Origin: Candidatus Micrarchaeia archaeon
Lineage (GTDB): Archaea > Micrarchaeota > Micrarchaeia > Anstonellales > Anstonellaceae
Direction: 5' to 3'
Assembly: GCA_041671345.1 (NCBI GenBank)
Contig: JBAZBT010000001.1
Coordinates: forward strand, 1 to 30,677
Length of the DNA: 30,677 nucleotides
Position 1 is the stretch's first letter. Each line of letters opens with the position of its first letter. Positions 30,527 to 30,677 of the stretch are shown here, piece by piece. Below the pieces are notes generated by a model, which saw nothing but the letters and a program-made list of their open reading frames with translations, searched no databases and had not been told where the DNA came from. A program made the translations under genes and the position numbers.

Positions 30527-30677
30527 TTACCTCTTTTTCTCGTCCTTCTTGCCTTCGCCTGCCGCAGCCTTGGGGAATATTTCCTCAAGCGGCTTGCTTC
30601 CCGCTGTGACCACTTTCGTGTTCACCTGGACTATCTGGTCGGATATGATGTTGCCGCGCACATTCCTCTTCGCGCGC
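30527..30677 (-). CDS. rps6e: 30S ribosomal protein S6e, 3' part
   Basis: RAKRNVRGNIISDQIVQVNTKVV...; conserved archaeal rps6e-aIF2gamma gene order. Confidence 0.85.
   Translation of the reverse strand, partial: RAKRNVRGNIISDQIVQVNTKVVTAGSKPLEEIFPKAAAGEGKKDEKKR

Overview
Archaeal window of about 30.7 kb. It carries archaeal-type leuS, the rps6e-aIF2gamma gene pair, TATA-box promoters and GC3-rich codons; a DPANN lineage such as Micrarchaeota is plausible but is inference. Housekeeping genes: leuS (one -1 frameshift), gyrB (HNH-containing intein) and gyrA, class II B12-dependent ribonucleotide reductase (nrdJ), pdxS/pdxT, aIF2gamma and rps6e. These are interleaved with accessory genes: an MFS transporter, a YvoF-like acetyltransferase, DUF1405, CNNM/CBS, a duplicated beta-helix surface protein, two helicase-associated (HA)-domain proteins, two M48-like peptidases, an ACT protein and a 46-aa zinc finger missing from the ORF track. 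Main observation: nrdJ, the small Zn-finger gene and aIF2gamma each have a second copy of their own 3' end, with its stop codon, lying downstream. In nrdJ the two copies encode identical peptides but 14 of 18 codons are synonymously recoded. In the other two, a co-oriented and apparently promoterless cargo ORF lies between the copies with near-identical spacing (34-37 nt after the new stop, 14-15 nt before the old end). This suggests a 3'-end-replacing cassette insertion mechanism, and no nuclease or integrase is encoded in cis. Also notable: tandem NrdR-like boxes 32 bp apart upstream of nrdJ in an archaeon, and a structured repeat array next to the HA-domain genes.
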